Source of the DNA: Pseudomonas phage NH-4 | DNA: 64,000 nt | Reading direction: 5' to 3' (one strand) | Sequence record: JN254800.1 | Shown here: piece after piece, positions 1 through 7,005 of the stretch | Layout: each line of letters starts with the position of its first letter | Numbering within the stretch: position 1 is the stretch's first letter | Notes under the pieces: generated by a model | Databases searched by the model: none | What the model saw: only the letters and a program-made list of their open reading frames with translations | Told to the model about the DNA's origin: nothing | Made by a program: the position numbers and the translations under genes

Positions 1-1
1 C

Positions 2-499
2 ACTTATGACTCCATCGGCGTCGGCGCTCATGTCGGTTCGAAGTTCGCCGAGTTGAACGATGCCAGCCCCGACTTCAAACTTATCTATGATCCATTCAAC
101 GCGGGCGGCGCTGTCGATAAGCCTGATGATGTCTACATGAAGCTGCCGCACACGACGATCAAGAACAAAGACCACTTCAGCAACATCAAGGCGCAGAAGT
201 GGGAAGAAGTCGCGACCCGATTCAGGAAGACTTATGAAGCGGTTGAGCATGGAAAGGTTTATCCATTCGACGAATTGATTTCGATCAACTCTGAAACGAT
301 TCACCCGGACAAACTAAATCAATTGTGTATTGAACTTTCGTCGCCGCGCAAAGACCTGGACATGAACGGCCGGTTCAAAGTCGAGTCCAAGAAGGATATG
401 CGCGAGAAACGCAAGATCAAGTCACCGAACATCGCTGACTCGGTGATTATGTCGGCCATTCTGCCGATCCGGAAGCCCAAAGGCTTCTTCGACTTCTAA
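2..499 (+). CDS. terminase large subunit, C-terminal fragment (5' end lies outside window)
   Basis: The frame is open from the window edge. The C-terminus (...KDMREKRKIKSPNIADSVIMSAIL) resembles the conserved TerL nuclease-domain tail (KSPDRADA-like). A hairpin terminator follows. Confidence 0.6.
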   Translation, partial: TYDSIGVGAHVGSKFAELNDASPDFKLIYDPFNAGGAVDKPDDVYMKLPHTTIKNKDHFSNIKAQKWEEVATRFRKTYEAVEHGKVYPFDELISINSETIHPDKLNQLCIELSSPRKDLDMNGRFKVESKKDMREKRKIKSPNIADSVIMSAILPIRKPKGFFDF

Positions 500-505
500 A
501 CATAG

Positions 506-535
506 AAAAGCCCGGATCGCTCCGGGCTTCGGGTC
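506..535. terminator. bidirectional rho-independent terminator between convergent genes
   Basis: A perfect 7-bp GC stem (gcccgga/tccgggc) with a 4-nt loop is flanked by an A-run upstream and a T-rich tract downstream. It lies between the TerL stop and the stop of the - strand gene. Confidence 0.6.
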
Positions 536-919
536 TTACTCGGTGTGGTTCCTGGCGCTGAGTGTCGACGCAACGGCCTCGCCGACTCCCAGGGCTTCCT
601 GGCCGGCCGCGAGCGCTTCGGCTTCCGACTCGACGATGAAATCATCACCTTGGCCATCGCCTGGCGGAACCTCGACCAGCACGGCTTCTTCGCCTTCGAA
701 CCGCAGGTCATAGGTCTTTTCGACGGACAGACCGTAACGAGCGTTGAGCGCGTCCCAGAGCTGGGCCTCATAGGTCCGCAGGTCTTGCAGAGCTTTCTGG
801 TGGCTGAGCATGGCCATGTCAACAGCCCGTTGCAGGGTTTCGTCCAGGACGTTGAATCGCATGCGAAGAGAACGAATCCGCTCGACCACTTCCGCATCCA
901 CTACATGCCTTTCGATCAT
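536..919 (-). CDS. hypothetical early protein (127 aa, helical)
   Basis: ORF with a coding-like GC3 pattern. Its start overlaps the next gene by ATGA. No recognisable motif. Confidence 0.5.
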   Translation of the reverse strand: MIERHVVDAEVVERIRSLRMRFNVLDETLQRAVDMAMLSHQKALQDLRTYEAQLWDALNARYGLSVEKTYDLRFEGEEAVLVEVPPGDGQGDDFIVESEAEALAAGQEALGVGEAVASTLSARNHTE

Positions 920-1134
920 CGCTTTTCACCTTTGCTGAATGTTACGTTGTAGCCGTTGTCGGCCAGATAGGTCAAGGCGCCTTCGAAAGAAGTTCCGACA
1001 AGGTGCTTGAGCTGCATTTCGCGTTGCGCGGCGATCCAGAATGCCGTTCCGGAGAACTCTGCGCGGCCTTCCGACAAAACCTTTCCATCAGGCCCGTCGA
1101 TCCGTACATGGACGGAAGATAGCTTCAGCGCCAT
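916..1134 (-). CDS. hypothetical early protein (about 73 aa; start chosen at internal ATG overlapping upstream stop)
   Basis: ATGA overlap with the stop of the 1134-1466 gene. The longer ORF (to 1188) would overlap by 55 nt. Confidence 0.4.
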   Translation of the reverse strand: MALKLSSVHVRIDGPDGKVLSEGRAEFSGTAFWIAAQREMQLKHLVGTSFEGALTYLADNGYNVTFSKGEKR

Positions 1135-1466
1135 CAGTGAACCGTCCCTGTGAAGGCGCGCGCCGCCGCGCATTGATCGCAAGGGCACTCCCTCTGGATG
1201 CGCGCCAGGTCGTTTGCATCCAGGGCGTAGAGTTTTCCATCTACGGTATCGTGAGCCATTGCGATGTCCGGATATTCGTTTTCGTCCAGGCCGGATGCCG
1301 CACGGATGTTGTTCCAGATGCCGGCATGTTCCGCGCGATGGCGCGCGGTCAACTCATCTTGCTCTTTGTTCGCCCTTTCAACGAATTTCTCCAGGAGTTC
1401 GGTGAATTTCTCATCGATGACTCGTGCAGACTTGACAGAGCTGAGTCGAATCGGGTCTTTCTTCAT
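1134..1466 (-). CDS. hypothetical early protein (110 aa)
   Basis: ORF in the co-directional early block. It is preceded by a 5' UTR with a perfect 10-bp hairpin. Confidence 0.5.
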   Translation of the reverse strand: MKKDPIRLSSVKSARVIDEKFTELLEKFVERANKEQDELTARHRAEHAGIWNNIRAASGLDENEYPDIAMAHDTVDGKLYALDANDLARIQRECPCDQCAAARAFTGTVH

Positions 1467-1509
1467 GGTGATTCTCTTTTGCTGGTGGTTGTTCGCTGCC
1501 CAGACCTAT

Positions 1510-1914
1510 TCAAAGTCTGGGCAGCATGATGAAAATGAACACGAAGGCTGCAAACGCCAATAGCGTTCCTGTAAGCATTTTGGCTTGACTCTGCACCTCA
1601 GCGTACTGCTTAGTGGACATTCCGTGCTGCGCCGCCTCGGCCGCGAAGCGAGCTTTCGCCTCGATAACTTCCGGGCGCAGCGACAGGACATATTCTAAGG
1701 CCTCTTCCCGCGCTTTTTCGGCCTCGACCAACCTAGGGTCGCGGGCCGAGACTTCGCTGTGCCCTGGCCTCGCGGGATGGGCCTGCAGCGATGGCGGAAG
1801 TTCGGCGGCCACGACTCCATAGTCGGCGCAGGCCCAAGCGATCCCGATGAGGATCGCGAGGATGGACTGGACGATTCGCAACATCACTTTGTCGCTAGGA
1901 AAGCTCATGATCAA
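1510..1914 (-). CDS. membrane protein with N-terminal signal/lipobox-like segment and C-terminal TM helix (possible unimolecular spanin-like)
   Basis: N-terminal hydrophobic ...ILIGIAWAC followed by Cys, and C-terminal LTGTLLAFAAFVFIFIMLP. About 130 aa, as in T1 gp11-type u-spanins. ATGA overlap with the upstream gene. Confidence 0.35.
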   Translation of the reverse strand: MIMSFPSDKVMLRIVQSILAILIGIAWACADYGVVAAELPPSLQAHPARPGHSEVSARDPRLVEAEKAREEALEYVLSLRPEVIEAKARFAAEAAQHGMSTKQYAEVQSQAKMLTGTLLAFAAFVFIFIMLPRL

Positions 1915-2690
1915 TCCTCCACCGACCGAACGATTTCCATGTTGCGACCGGCATTGGCCCCTGCATTGAAGGCGCGCCGACCGTCGCTATCGTCCAGACG
2001 CATGAGCTTGGTGACATCCGACTTCTTGTAGCCAGGATCGCCGAAATGTTCGTGAACCGCAGCTTCCTTCACCACAACCAGAGACGTTCCGGCAGAAGAT
2101 ACCAGCTCCATGCGCTTCCTGGTTATGGACTGAAGGCGATAGCTGATTTCCTGGGTCGCGGCCAGCTTGAATTGCGCGGCAACCTTTACGTTGAAACGTT
2201 CGTACCCTTGCGCCTTCTGATACTCCCGACACAGACGATCAATGGCCTCGACCAGGGAGTTGAACATGTTCACCGCCAGCTCAACGTCCGACTTGTAGCC
2301 TTTGAAGCGTACGGCATGACCCCAGCGCTTGGTAGTGCTTCCGTCGCGGGCGCTCCTGGATGCCTTAGCCGATGCTCTGTGGTTGTTGATGCCACCGGCG
2401 AAATCCATGATGCAGTCATTGTACGTCGCCACGGCCACTGAGAAAAACTTCATCCAGTTCGGGATTGCGGAATAGTAACGAGTCGCAATCTGCTCGTCGA
2501 ACTCTTCACGAATCTCGCCGGTCGCTTCGAAGCCGTGGAGGTCATACTTGTCCTTCAGCTTCTTCACGCGCTCGGCTGCGATGGCCGCTTCGTGCGGGCT
2601 GGAGGAGTCGGCTGCCATGGCGGTCAGTTTGCGGATGCGGTCTTTCGCCTTCTCGATGGCTTCCGGGGTGAATTCGTTCTGGTCGGTCAT
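1911..2690 (-). CDS. DUF2786/DUF7168-like phage protein (259 aa)
   Basis: N-terminal motif IEKAKDRIRKLTAMAADSSSPHEAAIAAERVKKL is typical of the DUF2786 family (recollection). Preceded by a conserved early promoter and leader. Confidence 0.5.
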   Translation of the reverse strand: MTDQNEFTPEAIEKAKDRIRKLTAMAADSSSPHEAAIAAERVKKLKDKYDLHGFEATGEIREEFDEQIATRYYSAIPNWMKFFSVAVATYNDCIMDFAGGINNHRASAKASRSARDGSTTKRWGHAVRFKGYKSDVELAVNMFNSLVEAIDRLCREYQKAQGYERFNVKVAAQFKLAATQEISYRLQSITRKRMELVSSAGTSLVVVKEAAVHEHFGDPGYKKSDVTKLMRLDDSDGRRAFNAGANAGRNMEIVRSVED

Positions 2691-2732
2691 GGTCGGTTCC
2701 TTTTGTCTGAAGGGTTTCGCATTTCAATGGAG

Positions 2733-2770
2733 CTATTCTGCCTTCATTCAGAATGGAAGTAAAGCACTTT
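2733..2770 (-). promoter_or_regulatory. sigma70-like early promoter (copy 1 of conserved family), -35 TTTACT N17 -10 CAGAAT
   Basis: The - strand reads AAGTGCTTTACT-N17-CAGAAT, followed by the conserved leader GAAATGCGAAACCCTTCAGACAAAAGGAACC, then the ATG at 2690. Confidence 0.45.
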
Positions 2771-2776
2771 CTTCCA

Positions 2777-3214
2777 CTATTTCGGCATCGACTGGAAGAA
2801 ATTCCAGATCCAATCACCTGCTACCAGCGAGAGGATGAGGGCGGCAAAGAACAAGACAGCGGCCGCGAGCTGTGCGCCCGGCTTCAGTTTGGGATGGCTG
2901 AGCTTGGGCTCTACGGGAACGGCCGGAGCGCTAGCGCTGCAACCGGCGTCTCCTGGGCCGTAGCCGATGCCGCGTTCACGCGCCTGGAGCGACACCAGGG
3001 ATTTAAGATACTCGGTCTGCTTTTGCGACTCTTCGTAGATGCCGGCGACGGCGAACCAGAGGGCGAACACTACGGACGTACACACAACCCAGGCGCCGGT
3101 CAGCAGGAGGGCCAGCGGGCCGATGACGAAGACGGTAGCAGCCAGGACGATTGCGCCGCCCCAGATGATGAAGCCGGCCAGACCATTGGTGATGTCGATA
3201 CAGAACTTTTTCAT
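2777..3214 (-). CDS. integral membrane protein, about 4 TM helices
   Basis: Start taken at an internal ATG preceded by the RBS GAAGGAA. Hydrophobic segments FIIWGGAIVLAATVFVIGPLALLL and VVFALWFAVAGI, plus a C-terminal LAAAVLFFAALILSLV. Confidence 0.5.
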   Translation of the reverse strand: MKKFCIDITNGLAGFIIWGGAIVLAATVFVIGPLALLLTGAWVVCTSVVFALWFAVAGIYEESQKQTEYLKSLVSLQARERGIGYGPGDAGCSASAPAVPVEPKLSHPKLKPGAQLAAAVLFFAALILSLVAGDWIWNFFQSMPK

Positions 3215-3230
3215 TTTCAGATTCCTTCGG

Positions 3231-3818
3231 TTACGGGATGGAGGGGATTTGAAACTCTGCGCCGCCGAGAACATCAATGACGACTTCCCAGAGCGTCGGA
3301 ACAGACCACTGGTAACGGTCGAAGTCGGTTTCAGGATCGACGCCCAGCGTCACATAGGAAGTGGCAGGCCATTTATGAACACTGCCTTTCCGCATGAGAG
3401 TCGCCACGCGGCCGTCACCGAGCGGATTCGTCCTGTGCGGAACGTACGCAGACATCGAATATTGCTGCCCGGCGTCGACAACAAATCTTTGCCTCTGGCG
3501 CAGACATACAGAGCCCACAGGATTCCAGCCGCGACCGCCGCAAGACTGGCGAGCCGAAGAATGCTCATAACCTTCGTGAGTCATTTCGCCGAGGCAAGCC
3601 GAGCGATCCTCGTAATAGTTGATGTTCTCCATCGATCCAACCAGCACCAGAGACTCGAAATCGAATCGATGATCGTGGATGGCCGAGTGGTTGAAGCAAA
3701 GCCGACGCGGCAGCTCCGGGTGCCAAACATGGAGGCGACCGGCCGGAAGTTGGACCTGAATGAACCCCAGGCCGTGCAGAGTGATCTTGTCCTTCATCGG
3801 GTCATGGACGGTGCTCAT
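3231..3818 (-). CDS. hypothetical His-rich protein (195 aa), possible metal-binding fold
   Basis: Motifs HVWHPEL and HDHRFDFES. RBS GAGGA lies 5 nt before the ATG. No confident family. Confidence 0.5.
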   Translation of the reverse strand: MSTVHDPMKDKITLHGLGFIQVQLPAGRLHVWHPELPRRLCFNHSAIHDHRFDFESLVLVGSMENINYYEDRSACLGEMTHEGYEHSSARQSCGGRGWNPVGSVCLRQRQRFVVDAGQQYSMSAYVPHRTNPLGDGRVATLMRKGSVHKWPATSYVTLGVDPETDFDRYQWSVPTLWEVVIDVLGGAEFQIPSIP

Positions 3819-3919
3819 GGATAATCCTCAGTAGCAGAAATGTATTGTGAGAGTTACGATTGATAAGCCGGTCGCCCATAGAAGGGCGAACCAGGCCATG
3901 GCTTTGATGGTCGTGTAGA

Positions 3920-4852
3920 TCATCCGAAGAATTTTCCGGCACAGATCGGGCCAATGCCCATTTCGATGGATGCGTGGTTGGTCAACTCGCGACCGCAGCA
4001 GGAGCACTGACCAGTCTTCCGACCGTAGGCGACTGCCGATTCCATCGGCTTTTCGAACATCTTCAGAACGTCGTCGTGCTCAGTATCGGTGCAGTCGCGA
4101 CTCTTGATGAATTTGCCATTGGTGATCCGGCCGAGGTAGATGTCGCCCAGGACGTACAGGCTACCGGCGTTCCGGCTGTGAGCGCTAGCCTCTTTCACAA
4201 CAACGATGAGCGGCTCCTCGCCTTCGCCAGCTAGGCGGATTTTCGGGCGCTTGATACCAGACTCTTTCGCCTTCTCAAACGCTTTCTCGATGCCGGAAAT
4301 GTCCAGAGTCGGCGCAGCAGCTTCCTGCGCGGCCACTTTCTCGCGATACTTGGCGAGGTTTTCGATGGCGCGCTTCGCAGCAGCGATCTGATTTTCTGTC
4401 AAGGAGCCGTATTTATACAACGACTCCTGAAGGCTCTGAGCGAAGCTGAAGGAATTTCCAGTCCACCACTCGATGATGTCCGGGTGCGCGGCTTCGAAGG
4501 CCTTAATTTTGAGGTCGCGCTCTTGCGCAGCGCTACAGATTTTCTCGATGCGCTTTTCTGCCGCCTTAGCACGGCTCTTGGCGCGCTGCTCCGGGCTGGT
4601 TTTGTACTCTTTGTATCCGACGCCGCCGCAGGCAAAGCAGGCGCGACCATAAGACGAAGGGCCACGGTACAGGCCGGTGCCTGCGCATTTGGTGCACTTG
4701 TCGCGATACAGCTTCACTTCCTTCCGGGAGTTCGGGCGGGCACCCATGGACACGTCTTCCAGGGTCTTCGGCGCTTCGTTGTTGATCTCTACGGTAGCGA
4801 AGTCATCACCCAGGTCTTCGAAGCCGGTGAACAGATTCTCTGCTGCGTTCAT
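3920..4852 (-). CDS. zinc-ribbon protein (N-terminal CxxC..CxxC; C-terminal CSCCGRELTNHASIEMGIGPIC motif, DUF6011-like)
   Basis: CTKCAGTG...CFACGG near the N-terminus. The C-terminal Cys cluster resembles the DUF6011 family (recollection). Confidence 0.5.
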   Translation of the reverse strand: MNAAENLFTGFEDLGDDFATVEINNEAPKTLEDVSMGARPNSRKEVKLYRDKCTKCAGTGLYRGPSSYGRACFACGGVGYKEYKTSPEQRAKSRAKAAEKRIEKICSAAQERDLKIKAFEAAHPDIIEWWTGNSFSFAQSLQESLYKYGSLTENQIAAAKRAIENLAKYREKVAAQEAAAPTLDISGIEKAFEKAKESGIKRPKIRLAGEGEEPLIVVVKEASAHSRNAGSLYVLGDIYLGRITNGKFIKSRDCTDTEHDDVLKMFEKPMESAVAYGRKTGQCSCCGRELTNHASIEMGIGPICAGKFFG

Positions 4853-4955
4853 GTCGATTCTCCTGTTTGGAAAGTTCGTTTCGATGAGTTGACTATACGC
4901 CAGAAGTGGAAAAACGGTAGCGATTTCTCACTACCGTTCGTCGGGTCGAAGACAA

Positions 4956-5303
4956 TCAATAAATGTAGCTATTGATCTTGAACCCATGCTCAGCGCCGTC
5001 GTTGTAGTCGTACTCAACATAACTGTCGCAGTAGTCGTTCAAATGCTGAATGATGCCTAGAACGTCGTTCGCGGCCTTGTGCCTTTTCGCGGCGATGGTC
5101 TTGGCGATGCTGTCGCCGACTTCCAGGGTTTCGGCCGTCCGGCGATGGATCAGCAGGCGACTCCAAAGATAGAGCCGGACGCGACGAATGATGTCGCGAT
5201 GGCGCTCCAGTCGTCCGTGCAACTCTTCGATTTCGTGCTCGCGAAATTTTAATACTCGTCGAAGCTGTTGAACTTCCAACTCCAAATCGGCCTTAGTAGC
5301 CAT
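4956..5303 (-). CDS. hypothetical early protein (115 aa)
   Basis: Start at the ATG after RBS GAGGTG. Preceded by a roughly 240-nt GC-rich leader. Confidence 0.5.
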   Translation of the reverse strand: MATKADLELEVQQLRRVLKFREHEIEELHGRLERHRDIIRRVRLYLWSRLLIHRRTAETLEVGDSIAKTIAAKRHKAANDVLGIIQHLNDYCDSYVEYDYNDGAEHGFKINSYIY

Positions 5304-5551
5304 GTTCACCTCAGAAAGGATAATCGTCTGAGACTCCAGGAAGCTCGACGATTATTGTTGAGCCTGATCGGTCTAGAATGCATCCGACCGAGCCAGCCCT
5401 GTGTGGATAGGGTCTACACGAACTATAACAGGTGACTTCCCTGACTATTCGCCAGGTCGATCCTCCACACCATCTGCAAATTGGCGGGCGCTTCGACTTC
5501 AGTTTTCGTTCGTCCAGGACGGCGCGTCTGTCGCAGGAAAGGCAGCGTGCC

Positions 5552-5863
5552 TTAACCGACGTAACCATGGGTATAGTCGATCATTCGGATGAGCTCATCA
5601 TCCTCTGATTCTCTCGACTTCAGACCGCCCAAAGAGTCCGACTGGCCGTCGCATTTCGCATCGATATCCATCGAAGACAGGAATCCTGCCGATACTGCGG
5701 TGATATCAACTTTGTCGCCGGCCTTCTTGAAGCCTTCGCACTCAGCATCGAGGGCCACAATTGCACTCGCGGCCATGTTCACATGACTGATGAGGTCGGG
5801 GAAGATCACAGGAACTTCACGCGACATGCCACGGACCGTCAGCTTCAGGACTACATACTTCAT
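5552..5863 (-). CDS. hypothetical early protein (103 aa; internal start with RBS AGGGA)
   Basis: The upstream part of the long ORF overlaps other genes. The ATG is preceded by AAAAGGGATAGTGAGT. Confidence 0.45.
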   Translation of the reverse strand: MKYVVLKLTVRGMSREVPVIFPDLISHVNMAASAIVALDAECEGFKKAGDKVDITAVSAGFLSSMDIDAKCDGQSDSLGGLKSRESEDDELIRMIDYTHGYVG

Positions 5864-5868
5864 ACTCA

Positions 5869-6072
5869 CTATCCCTTTTGTATGTGAGGAAAGAACTTGC
5901 TGTTTTCCGGATGGTGAAAACGCTCGGTCGCAGGCGGTCTTTCTTCCGGACATTGAATCGTCGAAGGCGGGAAAACCGCGCCGGCGATAATCGCCGCGAG
6001 GAGTGCAGCGGATGTCGACATCCAGAGGGCGGTTTCCAGGCTCACCCGAACTTCCGGACGGCGCGGCTTCAT
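5869..6072 (-). CDS. small signal-anchor/membrane protein (67 aa)
   Basis: RBS AGAGGGTGGAG precedes the ATG. N-terminal hydrophobic LWMSTSAALLAAIIAGAVF. Translationally coupled to its neighbours. Confidence 0.4.
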   Translation of the reverse strand: MKPRRPEVRVSLETALWMSTSAALLAAIIAGAVFPPSTIQCPEERPPATERFHHPENSKFFPHIQKG

Positions 6073-6392
6073 TCGCTCCACCCTCTTCCTGGCTCATAGG
6101 ATGGCAGACCGCCGCCGCGAATCCAATTGTCCCACATACGGTTCAGACCAGTCGGTGGCTGGGGCGGCGGACTGTAGAATCCGGGAGTCTCAGTGCTGCT
6201 CAGGAAATAAGGCGTGCAAACGGCCTGGACGACCAATTGGTGCCGCTCCCACATCTTATCAATCGCTCTTAGCATGACGTCTTCGCACTGAGCCTTACTG
6301 TCGAACCGTCTGCTAGTATGGTCCGGCATCTGGACGCAGCCGTCTCCAGTGCAAAGGAAAGCAGTAGCAATCCATACGGTGATACTCGCCAT
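6069..6392 (-). CDS. hypothetical early protein (107 aa)
   Basis: Internal ATG with RBS GAGGGTGA. The longer ORF (to 6650) overlaps the 6424-6825 gene. Confidence 0.45.
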   Translation of the reverse strand: MASITVWIATAFLCTGDGCVQMPDHTSRRFDSKAQCEDVMLRAIDKMWERHQLVVQAVCTPYFLSSTETPGFYSPPPQPPTGLNRMWDNWIRGGGLPSYEPGRGWSE

Positions 6393-6423
6393 TTCGTCAC
6401 CCTCTTTAGTTGATGAGCAGAGT

Positions 6424-6825
6424 CTATTCCATCTGCTCGCCAGGAGTAAAGCGCTTTTCGTCGGGATAAATGCCGATGATGTCTGCGTCGAGCATCCAAA
6501 TCTCCACGGACGGATCGTCGCTGCTGATTTGATATAGGTTGTACAGCTCCCGTCCGCCGACAGCACGCTCGCCTCGTGGCTCAACCGCCAGAACCTTGCC
6601 GTGTCCTTCTCCGTGCTCGTCCAGGTATATGACGTGATCACCGACTTCATAGCTTTCTTTCGTAACGAGGCGTGAACGCGAGCTGTTCTGCGATTCCACC
6701 ATCCAGGAATCCAGCACGCCGCCTTTCATGTCGCGAAACAATCTTGCCGATTTGTCGCAATCGAATACGCCCAGAACTTCGCCGTCTTTCAACACGATAT
6801 GTACGATTGGCAAAAGAGTATTCAT
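6424..6825 (-). CDS. hypothetical early protein (133 aa)
   Basis: Good RBS GGAGA 7 nt before the ATG. First gene of the - strand early operon. Confidence 0.55.
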   Translation of the reverse strand: MNTLLPIVHIVLKDGEVLGVFDCDKSARLFRDMKGGVLDSWMVESQNSSRSRLVTKESYEVGDHVIYLDEHGEGHGKVLAVEPRGERAVGGRELYNLYQISSDDPSVEIWMLDADIIGIYPDEKRFTPGEQME

Positions 6826-6859
6826 GTTTAATCTCCATTGGTTGATAATTAGAGTCTAA

Positions 6860-6940
6860 TCTGCCGAAAAGTTCCCGTAAAGAATTATTTTCTCATAACT
6901 GATTAGTTGCAACTGTTAATCTGATGTATATGTTTGAATC
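6860..6940 (-). promoter_or_regulatory. divergent early promoter region with AGTTGCAACT operator palindrome
   Basis: The - strand carries CTTTACG-N17-TAGACT and TTAACA-N16-TATGAG. The 10-bp perfect palindrome AGTTGCAACT (6911-6920) sits in the spacer. Confidence 0.4.
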
Positions 6941-6943
6941 TCT

Positions 6944-6972
6944 TTTGAACGTTTGATGTTTCCCCTATAATA
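6944..6972 (+). promoter_or_regulatory. sigma70-like promoter for structural operon (TTGAAC N15-16 TATAAT)
   Basis: Near-consensus hexamers lie 35 nt upstream of the portal ATG. The leader is C/A-rich. Confidence 0.5.
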
Positions 6973-7005
6973 AGCGCACACAGCCAACAACCACGTGGAA
7001 CTACA

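Noticed and set aside
5311-5568. 85-aa - strand ORF with Cys-rich sequence
   Set aside because: It occupies the long GC-rich leader between two better-supported genes. It has no RBS and atypical composition, so it is more likely non-coding 5' UTR.
6069-6650. Long version (193 aa) of the 6069-6392 gene. Also long versions of 5552-6097, 916-1188 and 61953-62372.
   Set aside because: The upstream portions overlap neighbouring genes extensively. Internal ATG/GTG starts with good RBS and ATGA/GTGA coupling were chosen instead.
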